37,351 nucleotides of DNA from Octopus bimaculoides (Eukaryota): assembly GCF_001194135.2 (NCBI RefSeq), contig NC_068982.1:32761015-32798365 (forward strand), given 5' to 3'. Numbering within the stretch: the first letter of the stretch is position 1; each line of letters begins with the position of its first letter. The translations under genes were made by a program, and so were the position numbers. Positions 22,417 through 36,323 of the stretch are shown here, piece after piece. The notes below the pieces were generated by a model. The model worked only from the letters and a program-made list of their open reading frames with translations. It was not told the DNA's origin and ran no database searches.

Positions 22417-22624
22417 GGCGGTGAGCTGGCAGAGTCGTTAGCATGCCGGGCAAATTCTTAGCAGTATTTCGTCTAACGTTATGTTCTAAGTCCAAATGAC
22501 GCCGAAGTTAACTTTGCTTTTCATCCCTTTCAGGGTCGATAAGTACCAGTTGAGTACTGGGGTCGATAGACTTGACTTATCCCTCATCCGAACTTGATGG
22601 CCTTGTGTCAAAATTTGAAACCAA
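22417..22624 (+). mobile_element. SINE family A, full length
   Basis: GGCGGTGAGCTGGCAGAGTCGTTAGCATGCCGGGC head, CTGGGGTCGAT internal motif, CCTTGTGTCAAAATTTGAAAC tail. Confidence 0.88.
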
Positions 22625-24349
22625 TTTCGCCATCCATAGTTTTCCTGCAGTCAGGAAACTGTAGATGTTTAAGTTGAAGCCTGCGATTTGATCGAAATTA
22701 TTTCAATGAAATAAACCCGCTAAATGCATTTATGAAACCGGAAGTAGCAATACGAATTTACTACTTTGTGGGCGCGAATATTTCATGAGAAATATTTTTA
22801 ATTCTTTGTGGTCTCCATTTAGTTTTTGTGTAGGTATCGTGTTCATCTAAAAATGTAACATTTGTTTTCTTTCTTGTTTGGTGTAAAATTTATTTCTGAT
22901 TTGTTTAAAACAGTTGAAAATTAAGTTGCATTCTAATCGCATGGCCCAGTATGCTGAGCAAACTAAGGCGGATGTAATTTTTCTCCTTTCATTTAATGAG
23001 GACAGATATTGTTAAAGTTAAGATCAAATTCTACTTGTGACTTGTACCATGTATCGTAGTACTAACGGCCTCCTTGTCTCGTAATCAGCAACTAAACTGG
23101 GCAACCACACTCAGTTCATTGAGTTAGAAGGGTGTATGGCATTGAGCATTAAAACATGACAGACGATAAACCATAGCACAGCCAGACATACCTGGAGGAA
23201 ACATAGGCATTATTTGCCTTGGAAACAGAATGACGACGCAGTGATACATAAATACCTTATTGGATTTGTGATGACCAGTTGGTCGATAACTGCGATAGAT
23301 GTACTGCAGTGGTTTTGTCTCCTGCTGTGCGCCTACAGCTTCTTTGGACTATGGACTTTGACGGAGTAATTGGGCAAGTGAAAGATTTTGAGAAAGGCAT
23401 AAACTTCATACGCTACAGTTGCCTGTTCTGTCTTATAGTTCCGCGGTCTCGTCATTACTTACTATAACAGTGACTAATGCCATTATTAATTTTCTGAAAG
23501 TATATTTTTATAAATGGTTAATGCAACAAAATTAACAACGTTACATTTTCTCGCATTACAGAGTCAGTAAAAACTTTATCGCAGTCTTAATTCTCGTCAA
23601 CGAGAACTCTTTCTATACATGCAGGTATACAACAATGGCTTGTAAGTCTATACACGATTTCTTCCTTGGTCCTGTATTCAAAACCAGATATATCTTTACT
23701 ATCTCACTTTTTAGGGAGATAAAGACTGAGAAGTGAAGATCACAACATAAAAACTACTCACCTTCTTTGTGTTTGTGGCATTGGTGCGTAAAGAAAACAA
23801 AGACATCCTAAACTATTTATAGAACAGAGAGTTAGTTGAAACAACTGACGTGTTTCGCTTACAATGACGTCTTCATATGTTAAAATATAAAAACAGAAAA
23901 TGGAAAACGGCTAAACGCTCCAGGTGGCCCAACTGCAGTTAAAAGACAACTAATACACCTTACTGCAATAAATGCAGTACAATCGAATCCAGTGACATAG
24001 TTTTTGTTTACAGAACAGTGCTTATAATATATAATAAGACTACGCAGCGTTTGAGAGCGCTCGTAAATTAAAATAAATTAAAATTGACGATAAATTTTGA
24101 GACAACTAACACAAAATAATCTTCGCACACGGACAGACGCGCGCGCGCGCAAGCACGCGCCCACACAATAGTTATATTAAAGAGGAGTGAGTAATTGAGA
24201 ATGTTATTTAACATAATGGTAACAGGAATGAGCTATTATTTCAAAACGCATTCCAATAGTGCCCATTACGTCTTTTCCCATGGCATAATGTATCTAAGAC
24301 CGAAATTTCCAAACTGGCGTTTTTTAAATTTTTTATATATAACGATATT

Positions 24350-24563
24350 CCTTTAGTCTTTTAATTGTTTCAGCCACTTGACTACAGTTATGCTGGAGCA
24401 CTGCCCAAAAAGGTATTAGTCGAACAAACCGACCCCAGAACTCATTCTTTGTAAGCTTAGTATTTATTCTATCAGTTTCTTTCGCCGAACCGCTAAGTTA
24501 CGGTGACACCAGCAATGTGTGTCAAGCAATGGTTGTCAAGCAATGTCATTGCCGGGACAAACA
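24350..24563 (-). mobile_element. SINE family B, 3' half
   Basis: Plus strand TTGTTTCAGCCACTTGACT...GCTGGAGCACTGCC...GCCGAACCGCTAAGTTACGG is the reverse complement of the family B 3' region. Confidence 0.85.
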
Positions 24564-25861
24564 TCTATCTACATACTACATACTTCCAGCCCACAGCAAC
24601 ATCATATCTCCTCCACTATTTAAGTATTACGTGTCAAAAGTGAAACAAAAACACTCATGTCATTCGAACCAGAATCTCAAAAGCATTGTTATGAATACAT
24701 TTTTGCATTTCTGATTCCCCCCCCCCTATCAATTCAGAGACGATACAACCTACAGCCAAAGAATTAGTAAAGAGACTCTCTTTATCACAAAATACAGACC
24801 CCTTCTGAACGCATCTACAACAAATGACATATCCACCACGACCTTAGAATAACACACACGCAAATATTAAAAATGATAAACTCCAAAGAGATACTCAAGG
24901 AATTATAAAAAAATAAAAAATATATNNNNNNNNNNNNNNNNNNNNNNNNNNNNNNNNNNNNNNNNNNNNNNNNNNNNNNNNNNNNNNNNNNNNNNNNNNN
25001 NNNNNNNNNNNNNNNNNNNNNNNNNNNNNNNNNNNNNNNNNNNNNNNNNNNNNNNNNNNNNNNNNNNNNNNNNNNNNNNNNNNNNNNNNNNNNNNNNNNN
25101 NNNNNNNNNNNNNNNNNNNNNNNNNNNNNNNNNNNNNNNNNNNNNNNNNNNNNNNNNNNNNNNNNACACATACACACACACACGCACGTTTGAGATTAAT
25201 TTCAAGAATAAAATTCCATAGATGAACCACTTTGACTACGAATTATTTATTTTTTTATATTCTGTCTGTTAGTAATATTCCTATAATCAGTTTTTCAGCC
25301 ATTCATCTTCCGCTCTTTTCATATATTCCCTGAAACTATGTATTTTAAATATTTATTTTACTGATGTTACAATACTATTGCTTTTTCTTCCATCCAAATA
25401 TGGCATCTTTTATATAAATATGACACTAGAAAATAACCTGTGATTTTGCTTAAGGGATGTTTACTTTGAAAACAAAATTTTATAATTCAAAGTAAAAACG
25501 GAAAAATCCAAGCGTTGTTCGTTTCTTGAAGCAGTTAATTTTTGTCACCGGGAAAAAATATATATTAACTATTTTATAACGTCTAGGTACAAACAGCCAA
25601 GTAATTCTCCTGTCGTCTGCTGCTAATATCAAATAGCTGATAGCTATCAAAATATTTACTATATCATATATTGATTTATTACATAAACAGAATACTTGAC
25701 TTACCGGAAACGTGCTTCCTAATTTACACTGTTCACCTGCTGTTATATTTAATAATACTGTTATGTTTACTAATTTATTAACCAGGCACAAAGCCCCAGT
25801 TTTATAGACGAAACAAAATGAGACGTTGAAACTTGACCTTTCATCTTTGCAACGACAGAAT

Positions 25862-26012
25862 GAGTGTGTGTGTGTGTGTATGTGTGTGTGTGTGCGTGTG
25901 TGTGTGTGTGTGTGTGTTCGCGCAAAGGTATTTGGATTCTGGATTCGCGCTTATGTTAACATCTATGTATCTATATATAGAGATACATAGAGAGCGAAAG
26001 AGAGAGAGAGAG
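25862..26012. repeat. (TG)n and (AG)n microsatellites
   Basis: Directly visible. Confidence 0.85.
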
Positions 26013-28320
26013 NNNNNNNNNNNNNNNNNNNNNNNNNNNNNNNNNNNNNNNNNNNNNNNNNNNNNNNNNNNNNNNNNNNNNNNNNNNNNNNNNNNNNNNN
26101 NNNNNNNNNNNNNNNNNNNNNNNNNNNNNNNNNNNNNNNNNNNNNNNNNNNNNNNNNNNNNNNNNNNNNNNNNNNNNNNNNNNNNNNNNNNNNNNNNNNN
26201 NNNNNNNNNNNNNNNNNNNNNNNNNNNNNNNNNNNNNNNNNNNNNNNNNNNNNNNNNNNNNNNNNNNNNNNNNNNNNNNNNNNNNNNNNNNNNNNNNNNN
26301 NNNNNNNNNNNNNNNNNNNNNNNNNNNNNNNNNNNNNNNNNNNNNNNNNNNNNNNNNNNNNNNNNNNNNNNNNNNNNNNNNNNNNNNNNNNNNNNNNNNN
26401 NNNNNNNNNNNNNNNNNNNNNNNNNNNNNNNNNNNNNNNNNNNNNNNNNNNNNNNNNNNNNNNNNNNNNNNNNNNNNNNNNNNNNNNNNNNNNNNNNNNN
26501 NNNNNNNNNNNNNNNNNNNNNNNNNNNNNNNNNNNNNNNNNNNNNNNNNNNNNNNNNNNNNNNNNNNNNNNNNNNNNNNNNNNNNNNNNNNNNNNNNNNN
26601 NNNNNNNNNNNNNNNNNNNNNNNNNNNNNNNNNNNNNNNNNNNNNNNNNNNNNNNNNNNNNNNNNNNNNNNNNNNNNNNNNGCTCTTGTTTTCTTTAATA
26701 CTTTTAAATGAGATTCTTGTATTCTTAAAATATTATTTTCCGGATGTCATAACAATAGAAACTATATGCCAAGACAGTTTATCGAGTTATATCACAAATC
26801 AATATCCACTTTGCAGTAAGGGAGGAAATACACTCATCACATATGACATTCTATGAACAGTATCCAGTTTAAGTAAAGTGAAGAACTCACCCAACATCAT
26901 AAGGAATTCTAAGCAAAATAAAAGGATTGAAGGAATCATTCCAATAAGCGTTTGTTAAGAAAAAAAAAATGAAGTATGAAATTAAAAGATTAGTAAAAGT
27001 TTTCAGAAATGCTATATTTCGAAACTGAAATTAGATCTTATATTTATACAATTAACAAAATCATAAAGGCAGAAATTAAGTATTTCCTGTGAGTTTAAAA
27101 TCCTTTGAAGTTCATTTGTAGGAATGACAGGCATAGCAGGGTCTTGTGAAATAATCTCATTATCGCAGTTAATAAAGGAGTCTCCCTCTTAAGGAACAGA
27201 TTTGTAGAACGAAGAACGACGTCCGGAAGTTTATGCGTCAGCAAATCGTTAAGTGTGATTCTCTAAGTTTAACCCTTTTTTCTAGAGAAACCGAATATCG
27301 CGACAACTATTTCTTCTTCGGAAAATGGAGTTGACATTGCGTGCTACCAATTTAGATTTTTCTTCTACTAAAAGAATGGATTTCCATGTATGAGAATGTC
27401 TTTCTTTGTTGCTTTTTTGTAAGAGCTGATCTCAAATAAATTTGCCAAAAATTTAGAGAGACGCCAACTAAATTGAGAGATAAAAATCACGATCCCTAGG
27501 AGTAGCAGATGAGGATAGTGAATTAATTGAGTGAAGTATTCCTAACTTTTCACCAGGATTCTAGATGATGCTGTATCATAGTTGTCGTTTTTCATTGTCA
27601 ATTCCTTCAAAAATTGTAAATGATGGTTAGACTTTGCACAATTCTTTTGTTGATTTGAGGTATCACGCACTTTCATAAACATGAGTTGTGCTTATCTGTC
27701 GCCACTGATAACAACAAGAGAGAAATTTAAACTTATTTAACAACGGTCTAAGAAGTGATATTAGTACAGGGAAAACTAAATGAGGTCAGGTGAGTATTCG
27801 TCAACTATCAGTAAAAGATATCAATTTTGTGATGTTTGTAAAGATCCCATATAATCAAATGAACGTTATTAGCAATACCACTATGAACGTTTATATTAAT
27901 AATCTTATTAATGATTCTTTTCTCTACATATTTCATTTACGTACATATTTTTGACAAGGTTTATAAACAACCGAAACATGTAAAACAAAAACATTTTTTA
28001 AATATGTTTATATAAAGAAATTTAAATGTACCTAATATAGATATAGGGCAGGGAATTGTCAATTAATTAATAAATTAATAGTTAACAATTTTGCTTAGTA
28101 GTTTGGTATGTAAAAAAAAACCTACACCTGGATAGCTTTAACTATAATTTTTTATGCGGTACTATTCGTGTCGTGATGCACGTGAGGGTAATTTGAGGAC
28201 AGATACGAACTCTACAAGTCGATATGAATTTGGAGATGCTAATTCTCTTATGTGACGCTTGATGTCGCATGGTCAAATGTACATGGGTTTATTAACATTT
28301 TCAAATTTATAATTTAGAAT

Positions 28321-28380
28321 ATCATGCTGAAGAGTGAAGTGAATTTTTACAAAATTCTAAGCACGAAACGCGTTCATGAT
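28321..28380 (+). ncRNA. Type-I hammerhead ribozyme, complete core, palindromic loopless stem III
   Basis: ATCATG-CTGAAGA-GTG-[aagt GAATTTT tac AAAATTC taag]-CAC-GAAA-CGCG-TT-CATGAT. Stem I is 6 bp perfect, stem II is GTG/CAC plus a 7-bp inner hairpin, all invariant core bases are present, and the cleavage triplet GUU predicts a cut after 28374. Confidence 0.8.
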
Positions 28381-28544
28381 TAACTAACGGCAGGTTTGTT
28401 TTGTTATTTTTCTTCTTTTACCTACGTGAGTCATGAATATCGCTATCCGTTGGAGATATATTGTAGTAGTGGAATTGGTAGTTTAACTGCTATTTCTAAA
28501 TTTTCGGTATGTTGGTGAACCAACTTTTGCTGATCCCTAAATTA

Positions 28545-28900
<356 letters not shown>

Positions 28901-29643
28901 TAATTTCCATTAATTTTCGTGGCACACTACTTTACCATCACAGACAGCAGCTGAAGTTGTTACTAGCAATGCCAATATGAACAACAGCTTCTGATCAAGA
29001 AATACTACCACCTAACTTTTAGAGGGTTTTAGTAGAGCTCCAACAGTTGTAACTATTCTTATCAAGCATCTGATCTATGATAACTCTGGACGTTGAATCG
29101 GTGTGTTTAATCCGTCTACCAGTTGAACAGATGTTTTGATATGAATCGTGAGCGCTAAATATCTTCTCGTGGCAAAGTCAGTAAAAAATTTATCATTCAA
29201 TAACTGGAGTTGATTAAGTTAACTATGACCCTTTTCAAAAGTTTTGCTGTTCTCAGTTTCCTCGCTGTTGTTGCTTTCGTTTCGATCGACATTGATGGTG
29301 GTGGTGGTGGTGGTGGTATTACATTGATTTAATGTGGGGAAGGTATACTTATATTGCTCTTCCGATCAGTACTCAAACCCCTCTGGCTTTCTGTCGAATA
29401 TTTTTCGATGTAATTCTTGGACAATTTTAAATAGATAAATTTTACACAAATAACATCAGATTCCGACGCGATGAGGTTAAAGAGTTTCTAAGGACATTGA
29501 TTATATCTATGAATATAACCAAGCAACGTGTTTCGAACGTAGACTTTTTAAAAGTAGTTTAAAAATGAACAAAAGTTATGAACGACTCGAAGTGACGAGT
29601 TGCCGATACCACGACCACCACATCAACAATAATCTTTTCTATT

Positions 29644-29791
29644 CTAAGCACAGGGTCTGAAATTTCAGGGGAAGGGGTAAGTCGATTACATCGACACCAA
29701 CGCTCAACTGATACTTATTTTATCGACCCCGCAAGAATGAAAAGCAAAGTCGACCTCGGGTGAATTTGATCTCAGAATGTAAAGGCGGACG
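29644..29791 (-). mobile_element. SINE family A, 5'-truncated
   Basis: Plus strand AAGTCGATTACATCGAC...TTTTATCGACCCCG...AAAGTCGACCTCGG...GAATTTGATCTCAGAATGTAAAG. Confidence 0.85.
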
Positions 29792-30807
29792 ATGTCACTG
29801 CCTTATTTTTTTAATGTTTTTGTTTTCCTTTTCTTCTCAAATAAAGTACCAAAGCCATGACTGAAAAGACTTATCTCTTATTCTAGCAAAGTCTTTGAGA
29901 TGTAACATTTCAGAATGGTACTATGGAGCTAACAAAAGTTTGAGCAAAGATTTCATTTCGTGTTTTGTTTTCCGTTGGAATTCATACTTGATAAAATAGT
30001 TTTGTCAAGTATGCATTCATAGCTGAGAAAACTATTTGATGTATTCTGCAAGTCATTCAAACCAATCGATCAAGAAATTTCAGGAATTCCATATGAAAGC
30101 CTTACTTCTGTGAGGCGAGATATTCCAGTCGTTGTACACTTGTTAGATTATCAAGAGCATGCTGTCAACACAAATTCCGGTTGTTTTTTCAGGCGTTTTG
30201 CAACATATAGAACATAATGTTTGTAATAACAAACATAAAGTTGTAATAACAAAGATTGTTGATATGAAACTACATTCAGTACTCATAGCCTTCTAAGTCT
30301 GGGATATAAGTGAGCGCTTCCATGCATACTTAGACGGCTCTATCTATATATCAACACAAACCAACATAGTGCGTGCAACAGGCACATGTTTGAATGTTGT
30401 AGATAATCTATAGGAGTATGGATACTAACGTTCATGCATAACACACACAAGCTGACATATATTCATGTGTGTCGTGTACGAACGTGTGTGCGTGTAGATT
30501 AGTATAAACACACGGGAAAACGTAGAAATATGTATGCATATGTTAAGACTGATATTATTGTAATATTTGCCACAACTTCTGCTGATGCTTCCGTTACGAA
30601 ATCTTGTATGCGTATGTGCGTCAAAGTGTATAAGGGTGTGCGTATGTGTGTGTGTGTGCGAGTGTGTGGGCATGCGCAGATGCCACTCTGTTTACACGGC
30701 AGATTGGTTCCACGATCTGCGATGCAAATCGAAATAGTGTAAAACGGGGAAGATACGTTTTGTTGTTATTATGCCACAAAAAAGGTTTAAGTAGTTTTCT
30801 ATTGAAA

Positions 30808-30907
30808 TGGTGTGTGTCTGTCTGTCTGTCTGTGTGTCTATGTGTCTGTGTATGTGTCTCTGTGTGTGTGTCTGTGTGCGTGTCTGTGTGCGTGTCTGTG
30901 TGCGTGT
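30808..30907. repeat. (TG)n/(TGTC)n compound microsatellite
   Basis: Directly visible. Confidence 0.85.
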
Positions 30908-31459
30908 TTACACTGGTATGGAAAGGTTTGTTGCTTACATTATATCGTAGTGTGCTGTAGATTAGCGGTACGTTAACGAGACGCCGATGACATGATTACA
31001 TGACTGGAATAAATTCTGAAGTAGATATGCATGATTAAAGTCTTTGAAGGTAGCTTTCAACTTCACGTATGAAATTCCCCACTGTATTTACTTAATATGC
31101 AAAACTGATATTTTAATATGCTTTCACTTTCACATTTGCAAACACCCCAATGTACACATATTCGCGTGCAAAGTTGAAATTAGATTAAATAAAAACCGAA
31201 AGGAAAAAGGTGAAACTACGACAGGTGTTTCTAAACGATAGATTTAAAAGTACGCCGTGCTAAAGCAAAATCATGCAAACCGAGGGATACATGCACGTGT
31301 TTATGTGGGTGTATGTGTATGTGTGTGAGTGTATACGTGTAATGACTCCAAGGAGGATATAAGATCTTGCACCGGATTTCTGTTCAAAGTGCACGCTTAC
31401 CCATAGCAGAAACATCTGTAAGCTAAGGAAAATTATGATGCAACTTCTTTTCTTTTGTT

Positions 31460-31496
<37 letters not shown>

Positions 31497-32638
31497 AATA
31501 TACATACGAGGAGAAGGGTGAGAGACAGCGAGACGTACGTTGATTTATGCTGGATGAATGAGAGAGGAATGCTCAACACAATGTAGAGGTTGTTTGTTCT
31601 CGCTTAATGATCGCAGTAACGTGAAATTCGACAAAGTTACAAGACTGTATATACGTGTTTGTGAGTTGGAATGTGTGCGTGCGTGTGAGTGTATGTCTAT
31701 GTATGTGTGCTGCGAGTACTTTTGTTTAGTATATAAGTATCATGACTAGATGCACGAGTATCTTACATCAACGTCATGATCATAATTATCTGGCAAAGCA
31801 ACTGTCACCGTTCTACGTTGAGTTGATTCCCTCGCCAATAGTAAAGGATTGATACAAAAGTTTCACCTATGTGTCCATATATGTTCGCACTCTCAGTATT
31901 CTCTTTCTCTTTACGTGCCGCATATATTCTGTTTCCGTTACTAAGCAGCTAATACCTGATGTCAGATCGTATATGACCGCATTACAAAACGTGTGTATGT
32001 GTGTGTATTTACAGTTATCCTATTGCTACCATCTAATAAATACCCAATTTAAAATTTTCACGGCATTAGTCCATAGAAATAGGAAAAAAAAAACGCCTCA
32101 AGCCTAGATGCTCTTCACACAATTGCAGAGTATATAGTCCTTGTTGCTTGCAGTATAATTATTTTCCATTCAGCGAAATATTGTAGCTAATATAATTGTG
32201 CAACTATGCTCGAGACGAAAACTATTTGCACACCCAAATCGTTCTGGCGAATATCTGTCCATATAGTAACAGAACGCCAGCAGACTGACACCAAAATAAT
32301 GTCCTCTCTACCATGTAGAACATATAACGATAGAACGGGTTTCACGAAGATGCTGGTGTATTCACGTGATCTGACACGACAAAAAGAGGTCTAAATATTC
32401 TCATCTCGAAAAGTATAAACATATTTTAAGCTCTTTCCATTCTGACTCCTTATATCTGAGGAATTTCACAAGGTCTCTGCTCACGAGACTAAATAATGTA
32501 GAGTAAGGCAGACTGTTATTAGATACATAAAACTTCAACTGAATGCATTGAGTGCTACTTTCCATCGCTTGTTAACCCACGCTCACGAAATACGAAAACA
32601 AATGAGTTAAATACGCAAACAACGAGAGAAAAAAATGA

Positions 32639-33435
32639 ATGAAAAACAGGAAAATAACCAGAGATGATGATAGAAAGAGAATCCAACAAGATCTAGAAAA
32701 GTTGTATATGAAAGAATTTGAAATGGTGAAGACACACCAGATTAAGAAGTTTATGAAACTCAAAGGTCAAAGAATGAAGACTGAAGTCCGTCACTCACCT
32801 GTGAAAGCAATAATTAATGTAAGTAGCCGACATGTAGAAAGTTCTGAAGAAGCAGTACTAAACAAAGGTCTCAACTTTGCGACAACTATCAAGCGCATTC
32901 CATACTTAGACATAATAGCCCCTATTGAAGTGATAGCTGTAAGAAAGATACCAAATGCTCAAGGAGATGAACTAAGGTGGAAAGTGAGAAAAGTACGGGA
33001 AAAAGCGAAATTTCCCATACCAAACATCACTAAGGAAGAAAAGTTCGGAATCAAAAGACTACAGTGACAATTCCATCATAATACTTCCAGCGGAAAAGGG
33101 ATATGCTACAGTGGTGATGAACAAGTCTGACTACTCGGAAAAATTGGCAAGTGATAGTAGCTACAGAAAAATAAAGAAAGACCCAACTGTGAAAACAGAG
33201 AGGAAGTTGTCACAGATCTTGATCAAGAACAAGGATCACTACACCAACGGAGTACAGGCAACACTACGGTAAACTACCACACATGTACGGTCTCCCTAAG
33301 ATTCACGAGGGTGGTATTCCATTAAGACTTATAGTGAGCTGTAGAGGTTCAGCATATCATCCACTGAGCCGCCTCCTTGTGGATATAATCAGTCCAACAT
33401 CATATACGAAGAATTCTACCCGCTTCACAGAATTC
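32639..33435 (+). pseudogene. Penelope-like element ORF, N-terminal domain to start of RT, disrupted
   Basis: [83 protein letters not shown]. Region 33269-33433 aligns to 20793-20975 (same family, roughly 85% by eye). Confidence 0.88.
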
Positions 33436-33529
33436 CAGACAGTGACCTGAATAATAATAATAATTATAATAACAACATCGAAAAATACTTTAAGAATGAG
33501 AACCCAGTTTCTCACATGTTCACAAACGT

Positions 33530-33614
33530 ATACATATACACAGATGTACATACACACATATACACAACCGTATATATATATATATACACGCGCACATATG
33601 CAGAAATGTATATA

Positions 33615-33645
<31 letters not shown>

Positions 33646-33686
33646 TATACACAAACGCATATATATACACACACATATACACGACC

Positions 33687-33774
<88 letters not shown>

Positions 33775-33895
33775 ACGCATATGCACAAACGCATATATAT
33801 ACACACATATATATGTGTACATATGCAAATATATACATACACACGCACATACACGAATACATACACATATACATGCTTGCATATATACATATTGT
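33530..33895. repeat. Compound (TA)n/(CA)n microsatellite block
   Basis: Directly visible. Confidence 0.95.
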
Positions 33896-34409
33896 GTTTT
33901 TCTGCGTACTTGTATCTATACCTGCGTCTTTGAAAAAGACGAATATTATTTATAACTTGTTCTCTGTCTGTAATTTACTTTTCTGTTAGAAAGTCAGATT
34001 TGTAATGTGTTTAGGTTTGACAAATTGGATATTTGATGATTATTTGTGATTTTGTTTTGCCTGTTAGCACCAAACATGTTTTATATCTATATTTGAAAAG
34101 AAAATTCAATTTTCGCCAAGCCGCTGGTTTGATCTTATCGCGCAGACATACATAGACGGCAGGCAAAGGTATCATTGAATCAAAAAATCATATTCAATGC
34201 AACTAAAACTTTGGGTGTTTTTTTTAATTTTTTTATTCGATGTTGAATACTCGTAGGTGTTACAGAAGGCAAAACATCAAGTTGAATATTTTACCCTTCC
34301 GTTATCTTTCCGATCGGAATTCAAGTCATATCGATGAGGAATTCATTATCGTTTCGAATCTCTAGTTTAATTTCTATCGCCTGTCTGAGCCGGATTCTTT
34401 CATTTGTTT

Positions 34410-34747
34410 TATCTTTTGCTCGTTCCAGGCATTGGACTGTGGCCGTGCAGAAGCACCGCCATGAACAGTTTTGTCGAACAAATCGACCCTTGTACCTATT
34501 TTAAAATTTGGCTCTTATTCTATTTCTTTTGCCGAACCGCCAAGCTACAAGGACCAATACCTGTCGTCGGTGGGGTAGGAAAAGGAATACAGACAGAAGG
34601 ACACACACACTTACACATACACATATACGATGTGTATCCACATTGTTGCTGTTTATCAAATTCACTTGTAAGGCATTTGTCGAAGGTACCCTATCATGAG
34701 ACTGAACCTGAAACCACGTGTTTCCTAAGCGACCTACTTAACCACAT
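34410..34747 (-). mobile_element. SINE family B, degraded with internal deletion
   Basis: Plus strand GACTGTGGCCGTGCAGAAGCACCGCC, GTCGAACAAATCGACCC, GCCGAACCGCCAAGCTAC and GACTGAACCTGAAACCACGTG. Confidence 0.75.
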
Positions 34748-35864
34748 TTCTAAATCATTTTCGAAGAACATGAGCACAAAGCACTGCCGTTTTTTTTTTT
34801 TTACCCTACATTAATCATTTATCGATGCAAGTAGTCTATCTCGTTGCTAGCTCAAGTTGAAGCCACGTACAATCTGCAGAAGCACTTGCACTACATGAAA
34901 CCATACACAAAATTTTGATCACATATCTATGTATGAAGTTCATCGAAATCACAACTGAACTTGAAACCACATAAAGGAATATTCCAGAGTATCTCGAACT
35001 AGTTTCAAAGCTATCCCTTTTTGCCAGTGTTTAGCGAGCAATACGAAATGTATTACTGCCTTTCACTTGACTTAAGAGAACGTGGGAGTCTATCTGAGGT
35101 CACTGGACCTATTATAAAAAGTAACAAAATCACTCCCAAACCACACGTCACCGTTTTTTTTTTAATAATAAACATAATGAAACGGAAGGCAATGTTGTCT
35201 TTTGTAACCCGAAATGAAGTGTTTGATTTTTATATTCCCTGTATTAAATATATCAGCGTAACTGTCTATAAAGACGAATTGATCACGGCTGGGATACCTA
35301 TGATCATAGATCCAGTCAACCAGAATTTATCTGAAGCTAAGCATCCAAAATCTCTAACTCGGTATGGTCGGCTATAAACTGACTACATGTGTTCGACTTT
35401 AGTACAAATTAATGAAAAGCAACGAAATTTTATACTAACGTCAACTTTAAGGATTTGTGTAGCTTCCGAGAAAATAAATTGATCGGTTATTTCATTGCTT
35501 TCAGGTAAGGGATAAGTTACTGTGTCTCCAGTAGAAAAAAAAATTTCATTATCATAAAGGATGCTATCGTCAAAAAGAATTTTTTGCCCTAGATTCTGGC
35601 AACATCACATCGATGATCAGTATGAAGACAACGATTATATATTCTTTCACAACATTGGTTTACGAGGAATATATCGAATTCTTAAGTGCGTACATATTAC
35701 AAAACCCGTTTTTCTGATAGACAAATCCTGTTACGTCGTTTAAGTTCTCTTGTCGCCAGATATCCGTCTATTGTATTCGATGTACGAATTTGGTTTCAAA
35801 CCACGAAATGAGATTTTATATATGCATACATACAATATATATANNNNNNNNNNNNNNNNNNNNN

Positions 35865-35900
<36 letters not shown>

Positions 35901-35929
35901 GCATACATAGCTTAAGTCCCTGGCCCAGC

Positions 35930-36125
35930 CGGTTTCGAGTAGTATCGGAGATAAGTGGGTGAAACTACGTAGACATTCCGGACTCCGACTGAAGAGGTAA
36001 TTGGCTGCGAATGATCTGTGTATCTTGTTTTGTCCTGTTTGCCGTTGTCATGTTACCGTCCTTTTTTTCGCATGTTGTGTTTGACGGTTTCCGTCTGTTG
36101 TGTTTTTTCTGTTCTACTTTTGATA
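35930..36125 (+). mobile_element. Possible PLE terminal (pLTR-like) segment
   Basis: GAAA-CTACGTAG palindrome, a CTGAAGA motif and a long T-rich tail similar in composition to 2945-3035. Confidence 0.3.
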
Positions 36126-36146
36126 TAAATATATATAGAGAAAAAT

Positions 36147-36147
36147 G

Positions 36148-36183
<36 letters not shown>
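36147..36183. repeat. (GATA)n microsatellite
   Basis: Directly visible. Confidence 0.95.
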
Positions 36184-36184
<1 letters not shown>

Positions 36185-36323
36185 GTTCAGCAAAAAATTA
36201 GAGTCAGGTGAATATGGTACGATTATAGGCACCAGAATTTAGTACGGTATTATCCATACAATTTCAATGTAAGGTGATTAAAATCAAAATAAGCAACAAG
36301 GATATCCAGAGGTAATACATTGT

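Noticed and set aside
24138-24150. (CG)6 run, a potential Z-DNA former
   Set aside because: Short and part of a CA/CG microsatellite; no functional context.
8496-26711. Long ORFs of 150-411 aa in the ORF track
   Set aside because: They read through N gaps (X runs) and are not real coding evidence.
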